This document shows, piece after piece, positions 44,898 to 55,205 of a DNA stretch of 64,000 nucleotides. The translations under genes and the position numbers were made by a program. Source of the DNA: a virus; the IMG/VR virus record IMGVR_UViG_3300031521_000027, positions 1 through 64,000 of that record; one strand, 5' to 3'. How positions within the stretch are numbered: position 1 is the first letter of the stretch; each line of letters opens with the position of its first letter. Below the pieces are notes generated by a model, which worked only from the letters and a program-made list of their open reading frames with translations, did not search any database and was not told the origin of the DNA.

Positions 44898-45812
44898 ATG
44901 GCCTTCTTGGACACCGGAGGAACCGGAGCGCTACGCAAGCTCACTGGCGTAGCGACTGTTGCCGTGTCCGCGTGGGCCGTCTCCCAGATCGAGCCATCCG
45001 ATACCACCACCAGCCCGACCACCACGGTCACCCTGAAGGTGCTGGTCTCCTCCTCCGACGCCAGCAACACCGACGTGCAGATTCAGGTGGCGACAGAGAA
45101 CACCTTCTCCTCCCCCGTGGTGGATGTGACCCTCACCAACAAGCCGGACGGCTTCGTGACGGCGCTGGCGTCCGGTCTGGTCAACCTGACCAACTACTAC
45201 TGGCGAGCCCGAGCTGCCCAGACCGGCACCACCGCGTGGACTGTGTGGAGCCCGATCTGGTCCTTCGGCATCAACACAGTGGTCGGAGCTGCCTGCTCCT
45301 ACGTGTACTCCAACTTCGGCATCGACCCGGCCATGGTCGGCTCAGACGCTGAGTACGTTTTCCAGAACTTCGGCATCGAGCAGGTCCACGAGGATGTCGC
45401 ACAGGAGTACGTCAACTACAACCATGGCGTGGAGGTCACCCGCAGGTCGGTCGCGGTCGAGTACGTCCACGAGGGAGACGTCAACACAGGCACCCCTGAC
45501 CCCCGGATCTGGTTCGTCACTCCCGACAACGGCAGGGCGGGGGACGGCATCCGAATCTTCGGCTTCGGCTTTGGCGATCTTCAGAGTCAGTACGCCGGAT
45601 CGCTGGAGTGGAGGAATGGTGTGGAGTGGGATCCGCTCAGCGTCACGTCGTGGCAGACCTTCCCCCCGACCGTGAACGCCTACACAGCCGCCCGGCAGAT
45701 GGACATGCTCTCGGGTGAGATGGACATGCAGCACACCGTGATCGAAGTCCAGATCCCCGTCGAGGCTGTCCCCCCGGGCGTCTCCTTCCGCTTGGTTACG
45801 GACGGCTCCTGA
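44898..45812 (+). CDS. Minor tail protein with FN3/Ig-like domains
   Basis: QVAT...F, L...TNYYWRARA, WS.IWSF; IPT-like P..GRAGD.I.IFG.GFG. Confidence 0.7.
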   Translation: MAFLDTGGTGALRKLTGVATVAVSAWAVSQIEPSDTTTSPTTTVTLKVLVSSSDASNTDVQIQVATENTFSSPVVDVTLTNKPDGFVTALASGLVNLTNYYWRARAAQTGTTAWTVWSPIWSFGINTVVGAACSYVYSNFGIDPAMVGSDAEYVFQNFGIEQVHEDVAQEYVNYNHGVEVTRRSVAVEYVHEGDVNTGTPDPRIWFVTPDNGRAGDGIRIFGFGFGDLQSQYAGSLEWRNGVEWDPLSVTSWQTFPPTVNAYTAARQMDMLSGEMDMQHTVIEVQIPVEAVPPGVSFRLVTDGS

Positions 45813-48800
45813 TGACCATCCGCATCTCGAACACCGTCTGGGTCACGGTCAAGCCCCCGGTCCCGCTGGAGAACACCGGCTGGGAGTTCGTGATCCTGAG
45901 CCCGGACGACTGGGCCACCGTCATCGCGCGGATCAACACCTTCTCGGACATGTCCTACGGCGACTCCTCCGCCGAGCAGGGCTCTGGGTCGATCACCCTT
46001 GACGCGGGCGCTCCCGTCCTGACCGAGCCCCTGCCGTCGGGTATCGCGGGCACGATCCTCGACCGTGAGTACCTGTGGAAGGTCTACGAGAACGGAGCCT
46101 TCCGGGGCGAGTGGCTCGGGCAGGATGTCGAGAAGGACGTCGTCGCAGGTGAGGACGGCGGTGAGCAGGTCACCATCGCTGGGCAGGGCACCCTGTCCGT
46201 CCTCCAGTGGGGCGTCATGGTCCCGATGCTGGCCTTCGATGATGAGGCCCTGACCGATGCCTTCGTGTCCAAGGACTTCCTCGGGGTGCACGCAGCGACT
46301 GCTCTGGTGTGGCTGATCGGCCACATTCAGGGTCGCGGGGGACTCATGTTCCTCGACCTGACATTTGACGAGTACACGGACTCCAAGGGTCAGCCGTGGA
46401 CCGACCTTCAGGACGTCAGCGTTAGCCCCGGAGAGACCCCTCTGGACCTCCTCCAGAGGTTCTCTGACTCCTTCGGGTGGGAGTTCACGATGATGGAGGG
46501 CTTCCGGCTCTTCATCTCGCAGGATTCCGTCGGCTCCCACCGGGAGTCGGAGATCAAGTTCTTCATCGGCGGAGACCAGAAGAGTCACACCTACAAGTCC
46601 TCCACCCGGACGATTGCCAACCACATCTACACCCCGGCTGCCGACGGCTCCATGGCCACCGCAGTGGGCACCTCCGACGCCACCCCGCACATCCGTGAGG
46701 GCTGGGCTGAGGGTGGCAGCGAGACCTCCGCAACGGCAGCGGCAGCCGTCGCTGAGTCCAACCTTGAGATGTTCCAGAACAAGCTGGTGGGACGGACCCT
46801 CTCCATCGTCGCCCGCGAGGGTCGGATCCCCTTTGACGACTTCGGGATCAACGACTGGGTCACGGTCGAGAACGGCGACAAGGACCCCGTCACGGGTGAG
46901 TACCAGACCGAGGTCGTGCAGGTCTCCAGCCTCAGCATCGGGATCAACTCCAACACCGAGGTCACCTACGAGCTGACCGTGATGACCAAGTTCGAGACGG
47001 TCGCGCTCCGGCTCACCCGGCTGCTCGACAAGATGGGAGGCTCGGCGCTGGGAGGCACCTCCTCCACCCCGATCTCCTCCGGCAGCGAAGCACAGGCCAC
47101 CGTCGCCTTCGCCCTGCTCAAGGACGTGCACCTCGCCTCCGCGCTGGGTGGGGACGTCCTGACCTACTCACAGGCCGGGGGAGTCTTCCCCGTGACACTG
47201 GGGCTCGACTACCTCAAGGACGTCGACACCGCCACGGTCGCTCCCGTCTCCGGGCAGGTCCTGAAGTGGAACGGCATCCAGTGGGTCCCCGGCGTCGGCG
47301 CAGCTGGCCCCACCACTCTTGCCACCCAGACGGACGTCACTGTCGTCGGGCTGGCCAACGGTCAGGTCTTGGTGTGGAACTCCACCACCGGCAAGTGGAC
47401 CCCCGCCACGCCATCGTCCGGAGTCACCACGCTGGCAGCCCTCACTGACGTGATCACCACCGGGATCGCCTCCGGCAAGGTCCTGACGTGGAACGGCACC
47501 AAGTGGGCCCCGGCAACCCCCGCCACCGTGATCACCGCGCTCGCGGGCTTGACCACTGATGTGGACACCACCGGAGCTGTTTCCGGAAAGGTGCTCGCCT
47601 ACAACGGCACCAAGTGGGTGCCCACCACCCCGACAGGTGGAGGCACCACCGCCCTCGCTGGCCTCACCACCGACGTCGACACTTCCGGAGTTGTTTCCGG
47701 AAAGGTGCTTGGCTTCAACGGCACCAAGTGGGTACCTGTCTCCCAGACAGGGGGCGGAGGCGCACTCCCCATAGGCGGCGCTGTCGGAGACGCCCTCCGG
47801 AAGAACTCGGTCACCGACGGGGACGCCCTGTGGACATCCGGAGGGGTGTTCTACGAGAACGGCTACACCCCCGGCAAGACGTACCTGCCCGGCCAGATCA
47901 TGCTCCGCAACGGGATCCTCTGGTTGTGTGTCACCTCGAACATGACCGACCCGTTGAACTCCGGCTCGGCGAGCACCACCACCGGGGTCGACGGCACCGC
48001 CTTCACTCGGAACAACTGTGCATCGGTGGACACCACCAACCATGTGGTCACCCTGATCAACAACGCGGGCAGTGCTGTCGCCTCGGTGATCAGCAACGAG
48101 ACCTTCATATTCGCCACCCCCCTGACCCTGAAGTGGCGAGGCAGCACCACTACTGTGGCGGACGCCCTTGCCATCGGCATCGTCTCCTCCACCCAGTCAG
48201 CCACGGTCGCGACCACCGTGGAGGCCCTCCCCTCGTTCTACGGGGTGGTGTGGGACGTCTTCAACAACCTCCTGAAGTGCTACGTCGCAGGGGTCGTTCT
48301 GGCTGACACCATGGCGCTGGCGTCCGACACCAACGACGACGTCTGGGAGATCCGGTACGCCGCCACTTCGATCAGCCTCTACTCCTCAGCGGGTCTCCTG
48401 ATCAAGACGTGGACGGTCGGCAACTACGCCGCTATGGGAGCCACCTTCCGACCGGCTGCGGGAGCCCGCACAGGCGGCTCCGCTGGAGTCTTCAAGATCT
48501 ACGGGTCCCCTGTCATGCCGGGCACCGCATCCGACTGGGTCTCCGTCGGCAAGGCCGTTGTCGGTGCTCCGGCCACGGTGGTTCAGCCCGTCGCCATTGG
48601 CGACCTCGTCACAGCTAGTGCCACAGGGACGCAGTACACACCGACCGTCGTGGGAGTCACGGCAGCCACAGTCATTGACGCCAACCCAGCCAATCAGGCC
48701 AGCAACGCTTTCGACGGCAACTCGGCCACCTACTGGCACAGCACCAACGCGATGCCCCAGTGGATCGCCGCTCAGTTCTCCGCCATCGCCAAGGTGGTGT

Positions 48801-50524
48801 CCGTCTCGATCCGCATCTACACCTTCTCGGCCAACCGCAGCCCCCGAGACTTCATGATTCAGGGGTCGAGCGACGGCACCACGTGGGTGGACCTGACGAC
48901 CTACACCGGCATCACGTGGCTCATCGGACAGACCCAGTCCTTCGCGGTCACCACAACGACCGCCTACCTCCACTACCGGATCTACATCAGTGCAAGCAAC
49001 GGCGACAACTACCAGACCATCCCGGAGATCGTCTTCACGGCAGCGATGCCGGGGGCCACCACGCTTCCTGTGGCAGCTACGGCGGGCAAGGTCTTGACCT
49101 CCGACCCCACCGCAGCTACGGGGATGAAGTGGGATACCGCCACAGGTGGTGGGGCATCCACCCTTGACTCCCTCACCGACGTCGCCACCGCTGGAGCTGT
49201 TTCTGGAAAGGTGCTGGGATACACCGGCACCCAGTGGGAGCCAGTCACCCCCTCAGGTGGCAGCGGAGGCAGCAGCGATGGGATGAAGGCTGTCTGGACG
49301 AAGAGGCTGGACGCGTCCGGGATGGCCGACCTCACCGGGTGGACATCGCGCTCAGGCACGTGGACCTCCGGTGGTGCGTATGGCGTGAACCAGACCTCAA
49401 CCTTGCAGGACAGCTGGCTGGAGTTCAACACCGATCTGGGGGTCAAGGCCCGTGCGGTGCAGTGCACCGTCCGGATCACCGCCGACGGGACCGGGCTCGG
49501 CGTCGGGTTCTACTCCTCCGGAGCGTGGGCAGCTGGCGGGCTGGGTATCGGTCTCCAGCGGGCAGGCGCAGTGTCCAAGATCTGGTGGGACAGGTACGGG
49601 GTCGGGGGCTCGACGTTCACGATGGCGACATCACTCGCGCTGGACACCGACTACGTCCTGTCGGTCTACCAGTCCGTTGTGCTCCCCACTCTGTTCGACG
49701 TCTACGTCGACCACGTCTATCAGGTCACGATCACGGCTGCCGGAGCAGTCAACACGGGGCGGGTCGGTCTCTACTCGCGGACGGAGACCGGATGGATCCG
49801 CAACGTCACTGTCTGGACAGGCGAACTGTCCGGGTCGAATCCCGAGACCCCCGTGGTTGCCCCAGCCGCTGGAATCGGCGACCGCCGCTGGAACGTCCCG
49901 GTTGGCTGGACGTCCTTTGATGAGTTCAACAACGCCTCACTGGACGCCGCGTGGGTGCGAGTCGACAAGTCGGGAGGCACCGCCCGAGCGGTCTGGACTG
50001 AGGCTGCTGACGTCCTGTCTGTGTTCAACAACGGAGAGGACGCAGCCTCCGAACTGCACGCCATGATGCGCCCCCTGTCTGGTGTGGGGGGAAGTCTGAT
50101 CGCCGGAGACGCGTTCGTGACCCACCTGAGCCTGAACGGCTCTAACGGCGCTTACGTCATGGGGGGACTCGTCCTCGCCGACGGAGTCACATCGGGGGCT
50201 GGAACCCAGCTCATCACGCTGTCGTTCACCAACAATGGGGCCCTCAGCGTGGATACCCGAGTGATGACGAACTATCAGGTAGCCGGGGCGCAGTCCACAA
50301 CGGTTGGGTACCCCCATGGTCCGCTGTACGAGCGGCTGGTCTTCCTTGGGGGTACTACGTGGCGGACAGACATCTCTCCTGATGGAGTGTCGTGGGTGCC
50401 CGGGACCACCGTGTCGTGCGCGATCACCCCCACCCATGTCGGGGTGCACTGTTCCTCGTGGGGGAGTGGGATCAAGGGAGTCTCGTCGTACGAGTTCATC
50501 CGGCGTGTGGCCGGAGTGACCTGA
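45812..50524 (+). CDS. Large tail tip/fibre adhesin (hub-like N-terminus, fibre repeats, lectin and F5/8 discoidin domains)
   Basis: Repeated L..L.DV...G.VL.WNGT.W.P units; AFDGN..TYWHS...QGS.DG..W...YRI discoidin motif. Confidence 0.8.
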   Translation: MTIRISNTVWVTVKPPVPLENTGWEFVILSPDDWATVIARINTFSDMSYGDSSAEQGSGSITLDAGAPVLTEPLPSGIAGTILDREYLWKVYENGAFRGEWLGQDVEKDVVAGEDGGEQVTIAGQGTLSVLQWGVMVPMLAFDDEALTDAFVSKDFLGVHAATALVWLIGHIQGRGGLMFLDLTFDEYTDSKGQPWTDLQDVSVSPGETPLDLLQRFSDSFGWEFTMMEGFRLFISQDSVGSHRESEIKFFIGGDQKSHTYKSSTRTIANHIYTPAADGSMATAVGTSDATPHIREGWAEGGSETSATAAAAVAESNLEMFQNKLVGRTLSIVAREGRIPFDDFGINDWVTVENGDKDPVTGEYQTEVVQVSSLSIGINSNTEVTYELTVMTKFETVALRLTRLLDKMGGSALGGTSSTPISSGSEAQATVAFALLKDVHLASALGGDVLTYSQAGGVFPVTLGLDYLKDVDTATVAPVSGQVLKWNGIQWVPGVGAAGPTTLATQTDVTVVGLANGQVLVWNSTTGKWTPATPSSGVTTLAALTDVITTGIASGKVLTWNGTKWAPATPATVITALAGLTTDVDTTGAVSGKVLAYNGTKWVPTTPTGGGTTALAGLTTDVDTSGVVSGKVLGFNGTKWVPVSQTGGGGALPIGGAVGDALRKNSVTDGDALWTSGGVFYENGYTPGKTYLPGQIMLRNGILWLCVTSNMTDPLNSGSASTTTGVDGTAFTRNNCASVDTTNHVVTLINNAGSAVASVISNETFIFATPLTLKWRGSTTTVADALAIGIVSSTQSATVATTVEALPSFYGVVWDVFNNLLKCYVAGVVLADTMALASDTNDDVWEIRYAATSISLYSSAGLLIKTWTVGNYAAMGATFRPAAGARTGGSAGVFKIYGSPVMPGTASDWVSVGKAVVGAPATVVQPVAIGDLVTASATGTQYTPTVVGVTAATVIDANPANQASNAFDGNSATYWHSTNAMPQWIAAQFSAIAKVVSVSIRIYTFSANRSPRDFMIQGSSDGTTWVDLTTYTGITWLIGQTQSFAVTTTTAYLHYRIYISASNGDNYQTIPEIVFTAAMPGATTLPVAATAGKVLTSDPTAATGMKWDTATGGGASTLDSLTDVATAGAVSGKVLGYTGTQWEPVTPSGGSGGSSDGMKAVWTKRLDASGMADLTGWTSRSGTWTSGGAYGVNQTSTLQDSWLEFNTDLGVKARAVQCTVRITADGTGLGVGFYSSGAWAAGGLGIGLQRAGAVSKIWWDRYGVGGSTFTMATSLALDTDYVLSVYQSVVLPTLFDVYVDHVYQVTITAAGAVNTGRVGLYSRTETGWIRNVTVWTGELSGSNPETPVVAPAAGIGDRRWNVPVGWTSFDEFNNASLDAAWVRVDKSGGTARAVWTEAADVLSVFNNGEDAASELHAMMRPLSGVGGSLIAGDAFVTHLSLNGSNGAYVMGGLVLADGVTSGAGTQLITLSFTNNGALSVDTRVMTNYQVAGAQSTTVGYPHGPLYERLVFLGGTTWRTDISPDGVSWVPGTTVSCAITPTHVGVHCSSWGSGIKGVSSYEFIRRVAGVT

Positions 50525-50571
50525 GTTGCGACACGCCGGGCGTGACCTACGACACTAGGTAGTAGGTTTCT

Positions 50572-50580
50572 TGATACGAT
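50572..50580 (+). promoter_or_regulatory. Extended -10 SigA-type promoter, leaderless
   Basis: TG-A-TACGAT 7 nt before GTG 50588; GACAC motifs upstream. Confidence 0.45.
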
Positions 50581-50587
50581 CTGCTCC

Positions 50588-50746
50588 GTGCCAGAGTCCT
50601 TGCTCGAACGCCTCCGCCCCATGTGGGCTGCTGCTGTATCGGCTTTTCTCTCTGACCCGTCGTATGCCATTGAGATGGCCACCGTCGGGAGCCAGCAGGC
50701 AGTAGTTGTCGCCCGTTCTGAGGACATGGAGTTCAGCGGCGTATAA
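50588..50746 (+). CDS. Small 52-aa hypothetical protein (not in ORF track)
   Basis: GTG...TAA open frame filling the gap: MPESLLERLRPMWAAAVSAFLSDPSYAIEMATVGSQQAVVVARSEDMEFSGV. Confidence 0.45.
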   Translation: MPESLLERLRPMWAAAVSAFLSDPSYAIEMATVGSQQAVVVARSEDMEFSGV

Positions 50747-50752
50747 GTGGTC
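50739..50752 (+). promoter_or_regulatory. Phage middle-promoter motif variant (GCGTATA AGTGGTC)
   Basis: Precedes GGAGG RBS and TTG 50768 of the SNF2-sigma pair. Confidence 0.55.
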
Positions 50753-50767
50753 AGGAGGAATAATCCC

Positions 50768-52498
50768 TTGCCACTCAACTTTGACGTCCGGAACTTCACC
50801 GAAGCTCGCCGTGAGCAGCTCGCGTGGAGGATCCACCAGTCCGTGAACTGGAAGCTCCCGCCCCTGAAGGTGTGGAACTACGACCTGTGCCGCATCCATG
50901 CGCGCGGGTGGGTCGAGGAGATCCGTGACACCGACGGTGAGGTCAAGACCCACACCGTCTACGACCGGCCCAAGCCCGGCTGCCGGGACTGTGGGATCCA
51001 CTTCCGCAGGCACCAGCACATCGGGGTGGCGTGGCTCTATTTCAAGAAACACGCCCTGCTGGCTGACACCATGGGATCGGGCAAGACCACCGAGGCTGGC
51101 GGGCTGATCGCCATGCTGATCGAGACCGGGGAGCTGTCCCTCTTCCGTGACAGATCCAGCGCCCACGGTGGCAAGGGTCGAGTCATCATCGTGCCCCGGT
51201 CCCCCGCCCTCCACCAGTGGCGCACCGAGCTTCTCCGGATGATGCCCAGCCTGAACATCCTCGTCTCCGAAGGCACCCGCAAGCAGCGCACCCAGTTCTA
51301 CCTCCAGCCGTGGCAGGTCCTCCTGATCGGGCCTGAGATGCTGCGCAACGACTACCAGCTGCTGGAGAACTTCGACCTCTCCCTCTTCCTCACCGACGAC
51401 ATCGACGCCCTCCGCAACCCCACCACCGAGACCTCCTACGTGCTGGACCGGATGGGTGCCCGGGGGGTCGAGGGCCTGCGTCCCGGCACCGACCGCTACG
51501 TCATCATGACCGGCACCCCCCTCCAGAAGCGCCTGCCCGAGCTGCACGCGGTGCTGGACGGCATCGGGGGCACCCTCGCGCTGGGCAGCATGGACTCCTT
51601 CGTCCACCGCCACGTCCGCAAGGCCACCATCACCGAGTACGACCGGAAGTCAGGCAAGGACATCCGCAAGGAGGTCGTGGTCGGCTACCGGGACCTCGGT
51701 ACGGTCAAGGCCCGGATCGCCCCGCTCGTGCTCCGCCGCACCGCCGCCGACCTCGACGACGTCGACCTGCCCACGATCATCCCCAACGACGTCATGCTCG
51801 ACCTCTACCCCGTGCAGCGGGCCAAGTACACCGAGCTGCGCAAGGGCGTGCTGAAGATCATCCGCGAGGAGGGCACGCAGGTGAAGCGCCCCAACGCGCT
51901 GGCCAAGATCCACTACGGTGCGGCCATCTGTGCAGGGCTCGCCGCGCTTGGGGAAGAGGACGGCCCCGGGACCAGCGTCAAGCTCGACTGGGTGGTCAAC
52001 CAGCTCACCGAGGGTGGGCTCAGCGAGCGCGGCGAGAAGGTGGTCGTGTTCGCCAACCTGAAGAACACCGTCAGGGCCCTCCAGATCCGGCTCAAGGAGG
52101 AGGGTGTGGGCTTCGTCACGGTGTGGGGGCAGGAGAACGACAAGGTCAAGCGCGCAGCCTCACAGGAGCGGTTCTGGACCGACCCGAAGTGCAAGGTGCT
52201 GATCGGCACCAAGGCCATCGAGCAGTCCCTGAACCTTCAGGTCTCCCGGCACCTCGTCAACATTGACATGATCTTGAACCCAGCGAGAATGGAGCAGTTG
52301 GCCGGACGTATTCGCCGCGACGGCTCGGCCTTCCAGCACGTCTACGTGCACAACCTCCTGACCATCAATACGCAGGAGGAGAAGTACCTCCCCCTGCTGG
52401 AGCGTGAAGCAGCGCTGGCCGCGCACATCTGGGACGAGGATTCCCAGCTGTTCACTGCCCTCTCACCCTTGGCCCTTCTACAGCTCATTTCCGGATGA
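50768..52498 (+). CDS. SNF2/SWI2-family helicase-like ATPase
   Basis: LLADTMGSGKT, P...LHQW..EL, MTGTPLQ, KVVVF, LNLQ, NPARMEQLAGRIRR.G; Walker B reads DDID. Confidence 0.85.
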   Translation: MPLNFDVRNFTEARREQLAWRIHQSVNWKLPPLKVWNYDLCRIHARGWVEEIRDTDGEVKTHTVYDRPKPGCRDCGIHFRRHQHIGVAWLYFKKHALLADTMGSGKTTEAGGLIAMLIETGELSLFRDRSSAHGGKGRVIIVPRSPALHQWRTELLRMMPSLNILVSEGTRKQRTQFYLQPWQVLLIGPEMLRNDYQLLENFDLSLFLTDDIDALRNPTTETSYVLDRMGARGVEGLRPGTDRYVIMTGTPLQKRLPELHAVLDGIGGTLALGSMDSFVHRHVRKATITEYDRKSGKDIRKEVVVGYRDLGTVKARIAPLVLRRTAADLDDVDLPTIIPNDVMLDLYPVQRAKYTELRKGVLKIIREEGTQVKRPNALAKIHYGAAICAGLAALGEEDGPGTSVKLDWVVNQLTEGGLSERGEKVVVFANLKNTVRALQIRLKEEGVGFVTVWGQENDKVKRAASQERFWTDPKCKVLIGTKAIEQSLNLQVSRHLVNIDMILNPARMEQLAGRIRRDGSAFQHVYVHNLLTINTQEEKYLPLLEREAALAAHIWDEDSQLFTALSPLALLQLISG

Positions 52499-53241
52499 AA
52501 GCAGTGACAATGACCGCCGCCACCCCCGTCCCCCTCTCCGACTACCAGAGCGAGTTGGTCAGGACCCACGTGGGCCTTGCCCAGAGCATTGCAATGTCTT
52601 TCTGGAAACGAGCCGCATCGGAAGTGGACCGCGACGAGATCGTGGCCATCGCCTATCAGGGGCTGATCACCGCCGCCCAGAGGTACGAACCCAACATCGT
52701 CCCGGAGAACGACCCGGACGTGGCGCTGCCCCCTGTTGCACTGACGTTCGGCCAGTACGCCAAGCGCCGCATCGGGGGAGCCATTCAGGACTGGATGCGC
52801 CAGCTGGACCACGTCCCCCGCAGGCAGCGCACCATCTACAAGGACATGCAGGAGCTGGCCCCCGGCAGGAGCCCTGAGGAGACCGCAGAGATCCTCGGGA
52901 TCGACGTCAACCGGGTCCGTGCGATCACCCACGCAGTCGAGTGCCCCCCGGTCTCACTGGACGACATGGCAGGCGACAGCGACCGGGGCAACATGGCTCC
53001 CCCAGCTGAGGGAGGCACCGAGGGATCAGTCGCAGCCCACATGCTTCAGGAGGCCATGGTCGAGGTCATGGAGGGGATGCCGTCGTTCGAGAAGTCGGTC
53101 ATCGTCCTGCGGTACTACATGGGCATGAGCTTCCCCCAGATCGCCGCCGAGCTGGGCTCCAGCGTGTCCACCGTCAAGGTCACCCACCAGCAGCAGATCC
53201 TGCTGATCCACGCCGCCATGGTCCAGACTGCGCGCTCCTGA
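52495..53241 (+). CDS. RNA polymerase sigma factor, FliA/WhiG (sigma-28) type
   Basis: GLITAAQRYEP, F..YA..RI.GAI.D..RQLDHVPR, VSLD, region 4 LRYY.GMSF.QIA..LG. Confidence 0.88.
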   Translation: MKAVTMTAATPVPLSDYQSELVRTHVGLAQSIAMSFWKRAASEVDRDEIVAIAYQGLITAAQRYEPNIVPENDPDVALPPVALTFGQYAKRRIGGAIQDWMRQLDHVPRRQRTIYKDMQELAPGRSPEETAEILGIDVNRVRAITHAVECPPVSLDDMAGDSDRGNMAPPAEGGTEGSVAAHMLQEAMVEVMEGMPSFEKSVIVLRYYMGMSFPQIAAELGSSVSTVKVTHQQQILLIHAAMVQTARS

Positions 53242-53266
53242 TCACCTGCGTCTGGGACCTCCTCAG

Positions 53267-53280
53267 GCGTACCAGTAAGT
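53267..53280 (+). promoter_or_regulatory. Phage middle-promoter motif (GCGTACC AGTAAGT)
   Basis: Intergenic, upstream of 53299 and the dnaB operon. Confidence 0.75.
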
Positions 53281-53298
53281 GAAGCCCGAAGGAGCCCC

Positions 53299-53493
53299 AT
53301 GACCGATCCGCAGTACGACCTGTCCCCCGACGATGCCGTCATCCAGATGCACGCCAACCTGACGGCCATGAAGGCGGACCCGAACCGGAAGCAGCTGACC
53401 GGCATGACTCCCGACGACGCCTTCGACCTCGGGTACGGCGCGTGCCTGCTCGACTACTCCGCCCTCACCGGGCCCAAGCCTGAAGAGAACTGA
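53299..53493 (+). CDS. Small hypothetical protein
   Basis: AAGGAG RBS. Confidence 0.6.
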   Translation: MTDPQYDLSPDDAVIQMHANLTAMKADPNRKQLTGMTPDDAFDLGYGACLLDYSALTGPKPEEN

Positions 53494-53494
53494 C

Positions 53495-53746
53495 ATGGCT
53501 CACATCCCCAAGCCCTTCTCCCGTCCCAGCATCAGCCTCAACACCTCGGGCAGGCGCTGGGTCCAGACCCGCGCGTGGGACCTCGACACAGGGGACATCG
53601 TGCAGGACATGGGCATGGTCAAGGAGATCGAGAAGCACGTGACCACGACCAAGATCTCCTTCGCCTCCGGGCTGTCGTTCGTTTTCACAAACGACACCGT
53701 CATGCGCGCCTTCACGCTTGGAGAGTCCGTTGGCATCAGCCTCTGA
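53495..53746 (+). CDS. Small hypothetical protein
   Basis: Typical codon use; A.DL..GDIV beta-barrel-like motif. Confidence 0.6.
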   Translation: MAHIPKPFSRPSISLNTSGRRWVQTRAWDLDTGDIVQDMGMVKEIEKHVTTTKISFASGLSFVFTNDTVMRAFTLGESVGISL

Positions 53747-55199
53747 ACACTCCCAGATCGTCCTCTCGGCCATCTTGGCGGGCAGGCGCGATCTGCTGGA
53801 GAAGGCTGTCGCCCACCTGACGCCAGCCCACTTCCCGGAGAAGGTCCACGCCGACCTCTTCACCATGCTCATGCGCTTCTCGGACTACACCGGGGGCGCG
53901 GTCATGCCGCTGAAGTACCTCGACGACAACCTCCGTGGCCGCATGGAGCCGGGCAAGGCTCAGCTGTTCACCGAGACCTACGAGATGCTGTCGGAGACCA
54001 CGACAGAAGATTCTGAGTTCGCGTGGTCCCTCCAGCAGCTGCGCGAGCTGGCTGCCGACAAGACCACAGGCGAAGCCCTGACTGAGGCCATGGAGATCCT
54101 GCGCCGAGGCAAGACCATCGACAACCAGACCTATCAGGGCCACAACGATGCCCGCGCTCGCCTGCTGGAATCGTTTCAGGAAATCGACCGTGAGCTGGTT
54201 CGGCAGGACGCGCCGGAGGGGGACCTCGCAGACGAGGCCACCGAGATGAAGGCCGACTACGCCGAGCGGAAGAACGCGCGCCTCAAGGGTGTGTCCTCCG
54301 GCATCCGGTTCGGCATCGACGAGCTGGACCGCAAGATCGGTGGGCTCCAGCCGGGAGAGCTGGTGCTGCTCGCGGGCTACTCCAGCGACGGCAAGTCCTC
54401 CCTGTGCGTCCAGCTCGCGTGGAGCGCCGCCGTGGAGCAGGGACAGAACGTGGTCTTCCTGACCACCGAGACCCTGCGTCCCCAGATCCGCCGCAAGATC
54501 ATCGCCCGCCACTCCAAGCTGCCGATCTTCGAGACACCCGAGGGCCTTAACACCCGGGATCTGAAGGCAGGCACCTTGACGGATGAGCAGGAACTCATCC
54601 TCCCCCGGGTGATCGACGACCTCGCCAAGAACCCCGCCTACGGCAAGATCTACATCGCGCAGGTCCCTCGGGCGGCAGGCATCGCCAGCATCGAGCAGAG
54701 GCTGCTGCGGATCCAGCGGAAGTTCAACATCAAGCTGGTCATCGCCGACTACCTCGCGCTGCTGATCGCCGAGCGCAGACGCACCACGGCCCGGGAGGAG
54801 TACGCCGAGGTGCTGAAGAACGCCAAGCTCCTGTCGGTCGCCTTCGACAACGGGCGGGGAGTGGCCTTCGTGTCCCCGTGGCAGGTCTCCAGACAGCACA
54901 GGGAGGCCGCAGAGAACCTCGGGCAGTACACGTCCGCCGCGCTCTCCGAGACGGCTGAGGCGACGAACTCCTCCGACGTGATCGTCAGCCTGCTGGCCCC
55001 CACCGACAACACCGACCGGCACGCCGACGTCACCTTCCAGATCCTGAAGAACCGGGACGGCGAGACGGCCAACGGCATGATCGTCGAGGTCGACTACGCC
55101 ACCTGTCACTTCCGCAGCAAGCGGATGCTGGGAGCCCTCGGTACGGGTGGTCTCGACTACTCCACCAACGGCACCATGGAAAGCCTGCTGAGCGCCTGA
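53730..55199 (+). CDS. dnaB: DnaB-like replicative helicase
   Basis: GIDELDRKIGGLQPGELVLLAG...GKS, VVFLTTE, LVIADYL, WQVSR, LKNRDGE. Confidence 0.9.
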   Translation: MASASEHSQIVLSAILAGRRDLLEKAVAHLTPAHFPEKVHADLFTMLMRFSDYTGGAVMPLKYLDDNLRGRMEPGKAQLFTETYEMLSETTTEDSEFAWSLQQLRELAADKTTGEALTEAMEILRRGKTIDNQTYQGHNDARARLLESFQEIDRELVRQDAPEGDLADEATEMKADYAERKNARLKGVSSGIRFGIDELDRKIGGLQPGELVLLAGYSSDGKSSLCVQLAWSAAVEQGQNVVFLTTETLRPQIRRKIIARHSKLPIFETPEGLNTRDLKAGTLTDEQELILPRVIDDLAKNPAYGKIYIAQVPRAAGIASIEQRLLRIQRKFNIKLVIADYLALLIAERRRTTAREEYAEVLKNAKLLSVAFDNGRGVAFVSPWQVSRQHREAAENLGQYTSAALSETAEATNSSDVIVSLLAPTDNTDRHADVTFQILKNRDGETANGMIVEVDYATCHFRSKRMLGALGTGGLDYSTNGTMESLLSA

Positions 55200-55205
55200 G
55201 CTGAG

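Noticed and set aside
41945-50524. Diversity-generating retroelement or invertible tail-fibre cassette
   Set aside because: No reverse transcriptase, invertase, adenine-specific TR/VR pair or inverted cassette is present in the window.
54521-54530. GCCGATCTTC inside dnaB
   Set aside because: It lacks the leading G, lies mid-gene with no downstream start, and is explained by Pro-Ile-Phe codons.
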